From Sphaeroforma arctica JP610 (Eukaryota): a stretch of 39,243 bases of DNA. Location: assembly GCF_001186125.1 (NCBI RefSeq), contig NW_014040532.1, positions 19,557 through 58,799 on the forward strand. Reading direction: 5' to 3'. The position numbers and the translations under genes are program-made. The notes beneath the pieces are model-generated. The model did no database searches and was not told the origin of the DNA. It was given only the letters and a program-made list of their open reading frames with translations. Positions 1 to 11,726 of this stretch are shown in pieces (position 1 is the first letter of the stretch; the number at the start of each line of letters is the position of its first letter).

Positions 1-36
1 GTGTGTGTGTGTGTGTGTGTGTGTGTGTGGTGGGTG

Positions 37-66
<30 letters not shown>
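1..66. repeat. (GT)n microsatellite, interrupted
   Basis: Direct GT dinucleotide runs at 1-28 and about 41-66. Confidence 0.97.
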
Positions 67-67
<1 letters not shown>

Positions 68-750
68 GATGTATGTATATGTGTGGGTGGGTTTCGAAGT
101 TCATACATGTGGATATATAGAGAAAATTCATCGTGCATGTTCATAGATAGAATAGCCGTATGCATGTTACAATTAAGGTTAGTTTGGTTCAGGAGAACGG
201 TATCTTTATAAACTCTCGCACCTACGAAGCATTAGACAGCGATGTCACAAATGAGATGCGGTCAAGTGGGAGTATGCTTACACAAAATTGATGATGACAA
301 AAGTCAAATGAGACTACACTCAAATCTTAAATCTATCAGGCGATGATCCGATATTGGCCAATTCTCTATACTATGACACAAGTAGTAAAGGTTACCTTGA
401 TTGAGTTTTTGCGTGCGCAAAGCTGGCACTGGTGTCTCAAGGACAGGTTTTCCTCTACTGCTCTTGCTGGAGTTCCGCTATCCATGGTATCTGGATCACC
501 ACCTTGCCACGCAAACTTTAGATTGTAAACGCGCATCATATTGGAGGATAGTTTGTGGATATGGGAGCGATATGGTTTTTCTTAAGAAGATCGAGTGAGT
601 TAACCTACTGGTAAGTGACTTGAATGTTTTGTCCCGGTTCGCTACTGTTCACACCTTTATTAATCCTAGTTTGTGTAACGAATATGTATCTGTCGTATTC
701 AGGCCGAAAATCCACCCACGATATCAGACTATATGTGAAAGTATCAACAG

Positions 751-794
751 TATGTGGAAGCGAGCTTCTATAATATGTGGAAGCGAGCTTCTAT
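751..794. repeat. 23-bp tandem duplication
   Basis: tatgtggaagcgagcttctat(aa) occurs twice, at 751-773 and 774-794. Confidence 0.9.
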
Positions 795-2118
795 TTATAA
801 CGAGTTGTGTTGCTATACTCGAGTCTCAATTGATGTGAAGCCCGTGGCCGGTCCGTGACCCGTTCAGCCATCGAGTATGAACCCACCCTTCGGCAATCGG
901 TAATCGCCATCGGCGGCAGGTTCAAAAAAAAAAATTGAAAACCCAACAGACCAGAGCTGGCAGTGAATCTTCAATCTATTTTTCACACAAAAAGCATAAA
1001 TTTACATCAAAACAAGCTACCTAATATGGCATGTTAGAAATGACGCCTAACTCAACACTGGGTCCTGTCAGGTTGACCCTGTCTTCGTGTCAATGTGTGT
1101 ATTTTATAATATAATTCCGTTATTTATGGCAACAATGCCCTGTGCATACTCTGGACAGGACAAATTTGTGTTCCACAAAGCACAAAACAAACTGGTACAG
1201 TCAAAATGAGATTTGAAGTGTAGTGAATGGAATATGAAACATTAAATATTGAAGCCGGAAAGAAGTATTGGTCCGGTACAACATGATTGTTTTAGTTGGA
1301 TGAGAAAGATAAGAGGAAATTTTTTGTTGCATCCTATATAAGTACAATATAAGTTGACAGCTAGAGTTAAAAATATAGTGTAAAAATGAACTACTAAATT
1401 TGTACGAAAGGAACAATATCTATGTTTAATTGGTTTGATTTGAAAGATATTCAAGGGTACAGAGGAATGGATGTTGCATGAGATTTAAGAAGAAAGTGTA
1501 TATCAATGATAAGAGTCAGAACATTTTAATTTGATATACTAATTATACACATTATTTGTATAGAAGCTAAGGTACTTTCAAGACCTAAAGTAGTAAGAGT
1601 ACTTAGTCAGCCGTCTCGAATTGGTTCGGATTACTGTTGGATATGTTGTTGACTAGTTCTTTTTTCATTCGGAATTTATAATCCAAAATCTATTGATTTA
1701 TTTATAGTTGTCATGAAAGACTATATAGAATAGAATGGGAAATCGGCTTTTGACGCCAAACCGACAGGTTATTGGAAACTGGTGAGGCCCTGCATGTATA
1801 CAACTCTACACCTTGTCACAATTGCGCCTTTGTGACAACAAGTACGCAGCTCAGTAAAGATCGGTACTGAATAAAGACGACGTATACGACGGCAGAATAC
1901 TGCATTCCCGATTAGGGTTTTTAGGGTTTAAAATTCTAGATTAGAGACTGGTCTGACAAAGGGAAGTAAATTGTTGATTTCGCATTTATTTTCTTCTCTT
2001 GTACTATTTTTTTTGTATTGTACGTGTTTGTAATCCTTGTAGATTCATTTAAACGTCTGACGCTACTTGTCGTATAATGTAGTAAATACGCCACACTTTT
2101 GGTTTTGCAATAGACTAG

Positions 2119-2169
2119 GTGAATGACTGAACCAACTAATACATTTAGTTGGTTGATTCAGTCATTCAC
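2119..2169. repeat. Imperfect inverted repeat / hairpin
   Basis: gtgaatgactgaa-ccaactaa ... ttagttgg(ttga)ttcagtcattcac: 13+8 bp arms around a short loop. Confidence 0.85.
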
Positions 2170-3363
2170 TTTAGCTACCACAATGTGTACAAGAATACAA
2201 GCCGTGGTAACGATATACCTGTAGGCGATTAAGATTTTGTTTCACCTCTATGAATTATATGTCGTTCAAATCTCTGAATTTTTATGTAGATTGGCATCTT
2301 AAGACTTGGCTGTAGATTTGACAACACCGCAACAAATATGTGTACTGTTGCCACAAACAAACGATAACGCTTGTATATTCTTCCCATTCATAACTATATA
2401 GTTCAATAATGCCCGGCAATGGCATCCTGTATATGCAAACTCATTTGCAGGTGTAATATAAATAACTTGTGGAACACTGTACCAGTCCATTATAAACCTG
2501 TGTAGTTGCAATTGCTTCAGATATCCAGGCAATAACTACCTCAGGCTTACACGTACTTGCGCCATTACAAAGCACATCTTAAGTTTTTTGTCCGATTTAC
2601 GAATGACCCCTGAAGTGTTTGAGAATCTTGAATACTACTCTGTTGTGTCATCGCCCAAATTTGCTGCTTCATTATCTGCGACAACGGTCCTTGTAAGTGT
2701 TTACCGATGTTCTGAATATAAAACCAGCGGATTTCTAATAGTAGAAATACATGATGTATATTCGAAACGTTATATAGTTATAATAGTACTGGGATACGTT
2801 GAAACGTAATTGTAGGTACTTATAAAATCAAAACAAACAAATATTCTAGCTTTAGATATTTGGAAAATGCAAACAAACAACCAACTAATGCGTTTTAAAG
2901 TATTTGAAGATACAATCGTTGTATACATACAATCGAGAGTGGAGACTCTATTATAAACCTGTTGGTCGTTTTTCTATATGTTTCCCCCCGTAATATTGGG
3001 ATATAAATAATCAATAGTTGGTCTCAGGTAAAATTTGACACTTGATGACACATGTTCTATTCCAAATACTCTCAGCGCAAGATAATCCACAGAGAAATAG
3101 GACATGATATTCAGTTTGATGTTTTTGATTTTATTTTGTTTTACTTAAGGACTAAGAGTTCTTTTAATAGTAATTGCGATTTAAGAATTTCTGTTTTGAT
3201 GCGTAAAATGAAATATTACACATCCAATGGAATAGACTCTGATCATAGTCACTGACATCAAATAAATCTAGACCGACATACTGAGTGATTAGAGCGGAAC
3301 TATATAGACAATAGTATTAGTCTTAAATCCCCTAATGCTTTACTCATTTTCGAGGGCTGGAGC

Positions 3364-4233
3364 TGTAGAAATACGGCCTCCGGTCAGTCTAAAATATCAA
3401 GATCAATTGAGATAATACATTGGTTTTTTTTTTGTATTTTAAATAATTTAATANNNNNNNNNNNNNNNNNNNNNNNNNNNNNNNNNNNNNNNNNNNNNNN
3501 NNNNNNNNNNNNNNNNNNNNNNNNNNNNNNNNNNNNNNNNNNNNNNNNNNNNNNNNNNNNNNNNNNNNNNNNNNNNNNNNNNNNNNNNNNNNNNNNNNNN
3601 NNNNNNNNNNNNNNNNNNNNNNNNNNNNNNNNNNNNNNNNNNNNNNNNNNNNNNNNNNNNNNNNNNNNNNNNNNNNNNNNNNNNNNNNNNNNNNNNNNNN
3701 NNNNNNNNNNNNNNNNNNNNNNNNNNNNNNNNNNNNNNNNNNNNNNNNNNNNNNNNNNNNNNNNNNNNNNNNNNNNNNNNNNNNNNNNNNNNNNNNNNNN
3801 NNNNNNNNNNNNNNNNNNNNNNNNNNNNNNNNNNNNNNNNNNNNNNNNNNNNNNNNNNNNNNNNNNNNNNNNNNNNNNNNNNNNNNNNNNNNNNNNNNNN
3901 NNNNNNNNNNNNNNNNNNNNNNNNNNNNNNNNNNNNNNNNNNNNNNNNNNNNNNNNNNNNNNNNNNNNNNNNNNNNNNNNNNNNNNNNNNNNNNNNNNNN
4001 NNNNNNNNNNNNNNNNNNNNNNNNNNNNNNNNNNNNNNNNNNNNNNNNNNNNNNNNNNNNNNNNNNNNNNNNNNNNNNNNNNNNNNNNNNNNNNNNNNNN
4101 NNNNNNNNNNNNNNNNNNNNNNNNNNNNNNNNNNNNNNNNNNNNNNNNNNNNNNNNNNNNNNNNNNNNNNNNNNNNNNNNNNNNNNNNNNNNNNNNNNNN
4201 NNNNNNNNNNNNNNNNNNNNNNNNNNNTTTACA
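3364..4233 (+). mobile_element. Nested LTR insertion (probably a solo LTR of family C), mostly in the assembly gap
   Basis: Starts TGTAGAAATACGGCCTCCGG (near-identical to 37512 onward) and ends TTTACA. Flanked by a 4-bp TSD GAGC at 3360-3363 and 4234-4237. The host LTR resumes in register after it. Confidence 0.88.
3454..4227. other. Assembly gap (Ns)
   Basis: Run of N. Confidence 1.
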
Positions 4234-4376
4234 GAGCTAAACGTAATTTACTTTGCAGGTTAACATAATTTATTTTTGCAGTTTAACTTAATTAAGGTAC
4301 ACGTATTGGTAATATATAATCAGCCTGGTTAATCCGACTTTTTCATATATTCTAAGTTTAAACTGTCATCGGTACC

Positions 4377-5650
4377 ATGACGCAAACAATAGGAAAACGC
4401 AAGTGGTCTAAGACCTCTAAGTCTACTCAACGAGAATGTAAAGTATCAACGCCAGTCGAGTCCAACGATGAGGAGACGACAACGGTCCAGGAGTCGCCTA
4501 AAGAGACGATGGCTAGTTCGAAAAGAGAAGAAAATGAAACTGGCAAGCACAACGGCGAGTTTCAAACGACCGATGGAGTATTCAGTTTCGTCACCTACAG
4601 AAGGAGTTATAGCCCTTTAAGGCAAATCGACGGGATCAAGAAGTCGCATCACATTTGGACCTCTAGGGTATAAGTTGCGAGAACGGAGACGCCAAGTAAT
4701 CGAATAAAAATCTTTGGATGAGATTGATTCGAATTCTGACCTGGCAGATTCTGATGAATAATTCAGGAAATTTCAGCACTTAGCGCGTGATACAGTACCA
4801 GAAGCGAAAGAAAGCATCGAGAAAAGAATTCACTGTCGAGAAATCTGAAAGGGATTACAGTGTGAAATCAGATGATAGTTGCGCATTGCCACCTGCTGGA
4901 GAACCAGACAATGTTGAGCCAGAGGTGATTGATTTTACAAAATCACCATTGGAAGAGCCATTTGATTTCGTCATTACAATTCCTCTGGACGAAGGTACGC
5001 CAGTGTGACATTACTTATTGGAATTGGACACACATATAGCACATGTTCAATATCAAGAGATGCGGGGTACAAACAATTATCTGGTCGTCCCTTCACAGGA
5101 AATATCAAGGAGTTTTGTATGCAGACATACACCAATCTTATCCAGATATGGTACACGAGATTTCAATTGAAGACATTACATGGACTGAACATTATTCGAG
5201 AACAGATCAGATCTTTTCTAAGCGTCCGAGTGCTGAAGTACAATTCATACAATCTATTAAAAAAAAGCATACAACGCTAATGGAGGATCTGTTAATGGTT
5301 AGGACTCTTATCCTGCAGAGGATAATTACAAGGGAAACAAAGGTGGAGACAGGTGAATAAAAGAAAAATCACACGCAAGTTTCTGATGGCCACAAGAACA
5401 ATGTCAACACGAGAAGAGCCCCTGTGAACAAGTCTGCTACGTCAGCCGATTCCCTAAAGCCTAAGCAGAAGAGAATCAGGGCCTTTGTCGAAGCAGACTA
5501 AAACTGGCGCATGACCCAACATGAGTCGAATGGTTGTTGGAACGGTAGGCACGCAGATAAATGTAAACATTTTGTCGCTTAGTGTGCAACCTGTGCTGGA
5601 ACTGGAGGTTCATGTGTAAACTGAAACTGAAGGTAGAAGTTAAGTGACAG
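4377..5650 (+). pseudogene. Fragmented gag-like ORF of element A
   Basis: The ATG lies about 30 nt after the 5' LTR. Broken hydrophilic ORFs at 4377-4673, 4787-5008 and 5043-5360, then a Cys/His-rich segment (CATC) near 5580. Positional inference. Confidence 0.6.
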
Positions 5651-5699
5651 TTGTACCAGATCTTGGCACTGAAAAAAAAGGATGCACCTTAGGGCGAGC

Positions 5700-8600
5700 G
5701 TGTCATTCTTGATGTACGGGCTAACATGCAGGAAATAAAAGCCATTTTGTTCCGGTCTCGAAAGTTTCATACATATCATCACGTCTTTGTTAAAAAGTGA
5801 ATGTGGCTCGTAAATTGGTACCTACTACGCTTAAATTAGCTGACGAAGAGAGATAACGTGTCGAAACATAGCTGTAGGTCGGAGGTCCAGGTTACCCGAT
5901 CAACGCACAACAGTCACAAAGGCAATTATCTGTAACAGGGAGACTTGTTGTCGTTTGGTATAACTATTACTGGTATACCACCAACATCGACCTACAGAAT
6001 GATCAGTCAGATGGCAACCCCCTGAAGACTGTGAGAGAGATGATACCTCAATTCACTGCGAAGCTTAAGAATATAATCTTTGAGGATGACAAGATCAAGA
6101 TTACAGATTGTGTTAAGTTCAAGTTGAATAACGAGTATGTGAGCTTAGACCTAACTAAGATATACTTTTCGAAGTTGAAATGTTCTACGCGCAACTGGGT
6201 TTTAGCAGAGAACAAGTCAAGACCTAGTTGAAAGATGAAGTAGTCACAGTCAATTACGAATCGACCCCAGCAAACCTAGCAGTCTTGGCAGTAGACCAGT
6301 TCAACTCCGATGGGACAATGAATAAAGTTTGAGTGTGTTTGAATATGAGCCCAATCAACGTGCTCATTCTCACACATAATTTTCACCTACCGAGGATCCG
6401 AGTTGTTGATGCGACTGGAAGTAGCTAAAATATTTTCCAACATCGATTTGAAGCAAGGCTACAACCAGATGAAGATATACAAGCCGCATAGGAAGTACTT
6501 CACATTAACCTAAGACAGGCAATAATATTCGTTTAAGGGGGCACCATTTGGTTTGCACATGTTACCAGCGTTCTTCCAACAAATCATGTAAGACTTGTTT
6601 CGAGACCTGGATAACGTGCAAGTATATATCTACGACATCGTCGAATTTATGAAGACCAAAGTAGAACATGACGAAGTTGTATGTGAGGTTTGAACCAGAT
6701 TAAACAAACGGAACGTAAGATCAACAGCAAGAAATGTCAAGTTGGCGATAACGAGATATGGTTGTTGAGCTACCGGGTATCCGGTAAGAAAGATAAGTAT
6801 GTCTGCCACGTCTTTGATATTGCATCCAAATGTAACGTGTTATATCCTCTGAAAGATTAAAAAACACAAACAGTAACCGAGAGCATCTATAGAGGTTTTT
6901 TTGTTTTGCGGATTTGGTCTGGCCAGCTATAGTGTGTACTGATAACGATAGTAAGTTTACGGGAAATGCCATGACAACACTGTTACTCGTTGCAGGCTCA
7001 TGCCATGAGATGGATGTACCTTACAGGCCTCCAACACAAGGTGCTTATGAGGTGCGACACAGGAAGATGAGAAAGTTCATGCCCGGAGCATTGCTAGACG
7101 ATGCTTGTTTAGAGCTTAAGGCTCAACTAGAACCCTGCCGATGCCAGGGTACTTAAACTGCTGATGAATGACTTCCCAGATGTTTACAACGTGTAAACCA
7201 ACTAATGGACAAATCAAATATTGAATTTAACTCCAGATAATAATGGAGTGGAATCCTCTCATCCTAATTTTGATGTAACAGAATCTTCTGAGGAAGTTAA
7301 TATGAAATGGTTAAGGCAAAACCATGCTCTTTAAGCATATGAATAAGTTCAGAACTGAGAAAGATTGCAAACGGTACGGGATTGTACACCCGCAACTGAA
7401 GCAACACACACATCAGGTGTATCACGAATGCATTGGCTGTGATTTTAACCGGATCAAGCTATATGTATATACTCCCCTAAGAACTGTATCTGAAGACGAG
7501 ACCGCCGGGTGATCATTGATTTGGTTGGGCTGCCCTTGCCCACACATAAGAAAGATAAGTATGTCTGCCACGTCTTTGATATTGCATCCAAATGTAACGT
7601 GTTATATCCTCTGAAAGATAAAAAAACACAAACAGTAACCGAGAGCATCTATAGATGTTTTTTTGTTTGCGGATTTGGTCTGGCCAGCTATAGTGTGTAC
7701 TGATAACGATAGTAAGTTTACGGAAAATGCCATGACAACACTGTTACTCGTTGCAGGCTCATGCCATGAGATGGATGTACCTTACAGGCCTCCAACACAA
7801 GGTGCTTATGAGGTGCGACACAGGAAGATGAGGAAGTTCATGCCCGGAGCATTGCTAGACGATGCTTGTTTAGAGCTTAAGGCTCAACTAGAACCCTAAA
7901 CTCTAAAACTGTGTACAGACACAAATGAACGAGACACCGGATTCAGTCGCTGGTGCCACGCCCGCTTACTGTTTCAGGGGCCGTTATAGTGAGTTACAAG
8001 TTCCTTTTATCAAGAATTCTCAAGAAGATCATGTGTTACCTTGGTTAAACAAGATGTGTCGAATCTGAGACGTTGTCCTTCCTTGTTTGAGAGAGATGAA
8101 TGATAGCTCTTTCAAGAAGAGACGGAAACGATGGGATGATTCAAATAAAATAGTCGAGCTTGAGGTAGGCGATATAGTCAACATCATGGCTCGCAATTTC
8201 GACAAAACTGTGCTTACGGCTGAGTATTTTGTACCATTCAAGATGTCAAGGGCCGATAAAAAGGGCGGAACGTATAAAGTTAACATTGTTGACAGTTCTA
8301 GTGCTCTAAATATTATATCACATCGTATTCCAAAGACAGAATCAACCTTCGTCGTGTACGTGAAGCTACTACACCTTTTATGTCATACGAGTTTAAAAAG
8401 GTTCTCGGGAAGTACAAACATGATGACATGACATATTGCACAACTGAATTTGCAGATGGGATATGAGCTACCAACATCTGCATTCGATGATCCAGACGTA
8501 CTGAAAGCTTTCAATCAGGAGTTTTAGGCTTATGCTGAGGATATCTTACCTACAAACAAACTTCCTGATGTGGTCAAGGTTTATCCGCATGCAGCATTCA

Positions 8601-8773
8601 TTCCGAGCTTCACGGACCATGGAATGTACGTACCTCCAAAAGGCACAAAGAAACGTCCTACCCACCATCGAGGATCACAAGGACCTAAACCCGAACGTTA
8701 TAAAGTCGCCGAGCAACTTACAAATTGTAAGTATACTTGTCTAAGAGAATATAGTACAAGCATTGAGGCCTAA
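5700..8773 (+). pseudogene. Degenerate pol (protease-RT-RNase H remnant-integrase-chromodomain-like) of element A
   Basis: Protease remnant LDVRANMQEIKAIL-SG (~5710-5760). RT motifs IFSNIDLKQGYNQ, GAPFGL, VYIYDI (YxDD mutated), KINSKKC and LLSYRV (~6240-6785). Integrase H..H/CxxC, IIDLV, CTDND and YEVRH. GPY/F-like EYFVPF. Confidence 0.93.
6785..7136 (+). repeat. ~350-bp internal duplicate of the integrase core (second copy 7547-7897)
   Basis: Near-identical from taagaaagataagtatg to ctagaaccct, with a handful of differences. Confidence 0.95.
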
Positions 8774-8876
8774 TGATCGAAACTCTTTTCTTCCTTTTCG
8801 CTTTTACAATTCATCTTCTATATGTTTCAAAAAAAAATACAAGTCACCACTGTAATTTCAAGCTGAGGGGGGGTTG

Positions 8877-9681
8877 TGCAAGAACAGCGGGTTTCTAATT
8901 GTAGAAGCACATGCTAAACGTATACTATAGACATATGAACGCTTCAACGTTATATAATACTGGGATAGGTTGAGACATTAATTTTGGATATTTGGAAAAT
9001 GCAATCAAGCAACAAATTCTATTTTTAAATATATGAAATTACAATCGTATACATCAGAGAGTAGACACTATTGTAAACTTGTTGGTGGTTTCTCTATAAT
9101 GATATGCTTTTCACCTTAATACTGGGATATAATGAATAGTTGGTCTCAGGTGAAATTTGGCACTTGATGGCAGGTGTTCTATTTTCAAATACTCTCAGCG
9201 CAAGATAATCCACTGAGAAATAGGACATGACATTAACTCCCCCTAGCCAGCCTACTAGATGTGCCCGTCTATACCGTCAATGAGATGGAGAGCTAGGCAC
9301 CAAATGATGGGGTATAAGTGCCGATATTAACAGCGACATTTCACTGCACCAGCTTGGTGGTTTAATTTTCTATTATTTTTCCCAAGTTGGACTTAGAGTT
9401 CGTTCATTAATAATTGCGATTGAAGGTCTGTTTCGATGCGTGAAATGAAATGTAACGCAAATAAAATAGACTCTGATCTTATAAATCTAGACCGACGTAG
9501 TGAATGACTAGAGCGGAACTATATAGATAATGGTCTCAGTCTTAAATCCCTATTCTTTTGCTCATAGCCGAGGGCTGAAGCTAAATTTGATTTACCTTTT
9601 GCAATTCAACTTATTTACCGTAGTTTCTATAACGTAAACATATCGGTACTGTATAGTCAGCCTGGGTAATCCGGCTTTTCA
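8877..9681 (+). repeat. 3' LTR of element A
   Basis: Follows the PPT, has TG...CA ends and a TATA-like tatataga at ~9520, and is homologous to 2717-4345. Confidence 0.88.
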
Positions 9682-11726
9682 CCCGCAGGTTTATAAATGC
9701 TGTGATGCGTATTTTGTACATGAATTGGGAATTCTGTCAAAATTGTAAATTTTGTAATATACTGGGGACTTTCAAATAGCGGACATTCCCATACCTAGTG
9801 GACCAATGAAAGTTAATCTTTAGAATCTTCTATTACATTGGTTAGTTTTGGAAAAGGAAAGGATATACGACCTAGAATGCTCTGATGTCGTTAATTCGTA
9901 CTGTATTCTTATACTAAATGCTAATTTAGGACTACTACCACTGTCGTATTTAACTATGATTACTTCTATGAAGTGTGGTGATGAGAACGGGTCTAAAACG
10001 GCGAAGCCTACCGAGCTCGGCTCACCCCCTGCAAGCAGTCATGTTTACAAGTTATATATGATCATAGGTTGGAGTTTTACTATATCTCCTTCATAGCCAG
10101 AAGTGCCCGTGTAGCTTCCACTGGCGACAAACCCTTCTTTCCCACAGCCAAATTACAATCGTCAAATTGATACACGGTTGTCACAACCAGGCCTTTGAAT
10201 AGACGTATTGTTTTCGTTCGCACCAGACAACTGTTCAGTTCCACTCTGGTGTCGGAATTTGAAATTCTCGCTGATGTGCCTGTTGCATCTGTCGCTATTT
10301 GTGATTATTGCCAGATAGCGGGTGTTTTACATCAACTTAATCTTAACAGTCTGGTTATTGTCGTTTACAGCCTGCCGTCGGCTAGCGCTTAGACTGATGT
10401 TCGACATCGAACCTCCGGGGATTTTTGAGACAACTGACAAGACTGACGTATATTTCATTCCGTTTTTTGCGTTTTGCGATTCAGGCTTTCTTATATTGTC
10501 TGGATATCATCCTCGGTCAGGGCTTCATACCTACATTCTAGTGCGGCGAAAGCTTCCCACGGCTTATCAATGGGTTGGCTGATATCCATCTGCAGTAGTG
10601 GAGACCAAGCTCGGTTGATGATCTGGTCAGCCTCGGCAGTTCCCTTGGAGGTAATCGGTTGCCCCTTAAACAGTGTTGGATCGGTCAATATATCTCGTAC
10701 ACCTTCACAATTCACGGATTAAATAGTCTCCAGTCGACTTCGGTCGTCTCAATATCATTAGAGTTCACAGTAGGCATATTAATAGCTTGAGATCAGAGTG
10801 ATCTGATAAGTTCATAGGGTGTAGGGTAGTAGACTGTAATTAAGTGCAAATGTATGTCGTTATTGCTGACCCCACATATCAATTTATTTCAAGGTCTTTG
10901 TGCTAGTGCTCAACCACTTTGGTTGACCAGGGTATAAACTCATATGGCCAGTGTGAAACACCTTCTATAGAACACTTCAACTTTTCGATACTATTCTATT
11001 TCGGCTTCTCTGCTACTTTATCTCACGTTGATCATGCACTTCCACATAAGCTGTGACTCACATAAAGGCACAGCTATTTATAGATTGTTGCGGATAAGAA
11101 ACTTAGTTAACTCTCGGGAGTCGGCTAGAAAATTAAATTAACTCCTAAAACTCTAGCTCTCTATGCTTTCTATAAATCAAAAAGTTTTGCTTGCTGTAAA
11201 ATCTCAAATCCGGACAAATGTGACCTGCAGTCTCTCATCTACGATTGGAAGATAGATATGAAGCATGAGGATGCGGTCAACTGATATTAAGTCGATCTGA
11301 GTTGTTAACACCTGAAATAAGAAGTACTTAGCGATGGGAGCGGAACTATATACACAAGAGTCTCAGACTAAAGTTTACTTACCTTTTGGCTCACTACCGA
11401 GGCCTAAAGCTGAACTTAATTCTTTTCAATATGTGTAAGCCTCTTTCATAGTACGGGTTAGTCAGCCTGTGTAGTCTGATTACACATTTTTGGTAGGTGT
11501 GTTCTTAATACTGTGCTGGAATGCGGGGTGTTTGCACAATTGTTGGGTACATTGTCGCTAATATGTGGGAGCTACACAAACTCTGTATCCTTACTATAAT
11601 ATAATATAACTCTCAAAAATTGCTAGTTACTGGTACCCGGTTCCTGCCCGAGGGTGACATCTGAGTTGTGGTCATGTCTTCAACTTCATTTGCGTCACCC
11701 TCATTTTCGTCCTCACCATCGGACAT
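9682..11726 (-). mobile_element. Older minus-strand gag-protease remnant of an LTR retrotransposon
   Basis: Acidic start MSDGEDENEG at 11726, gag-like ORF 10491-10715 (PWEAFAALECRY), decayed zinc knuckle VCRQWKLHGHFW (~10095-10135) and decayed protease-like FSIRI...INDIRAF (~9880-9930). Confidence 0.55.
11210..11486 (+). repeat. LTR fragment related to the element A LTR (3' part; 5' boundary not resolved)
   Basis: gagcggaactatata..gtctcag..gctca....ccgaggcctaaagct...gtcagcctg..tag..gattacaca matches 9511-9681. Confidence 0.75.

Larger units (their letters stand above)
2717..4345 (+). repeat. 5' LTR of element A, interrupted by a nested insertion at 3364-4233
   Basis: Aligns with 8877-9681, e.g. 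tactctcagcgcaagataatccac, tagagcggaactatataga and the cagcctgg..aatccg.c..ttttca end. Start is approximate. Confidence 0.85.
2717..9681 (+). mobile_element. Degenerate Ty3/Gypsy (chromovirus-like) LTR retrotransposon, element A
   Basis: Homologous LTRs at both ends. Internal order is gag-like, protease, RT, RNase H remnant, integrase, chromodomain-like. Polypurine tract gagggggggg at 8865-8873. Many stops and frameshifts, and no matching TSD. Confidence 0.9.

Noticed and set aside
5..211. CV-repeat ORF
   Set aside because: Translation of the (GT)n microsatellite.
2299..2532. ORF with CHC...HICC, vaguely SWIM/transposase-like
   Set aside because: Spacing is unconvincing and there is no supporting domain nearby.
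9935..9952. Minus-strand YDSGSS as an aspartic protease active site
   Set aside because: Comparison with the other two protease remnants places the catalytic motif ~20 codons further on (after IRAF), where it is decayed.
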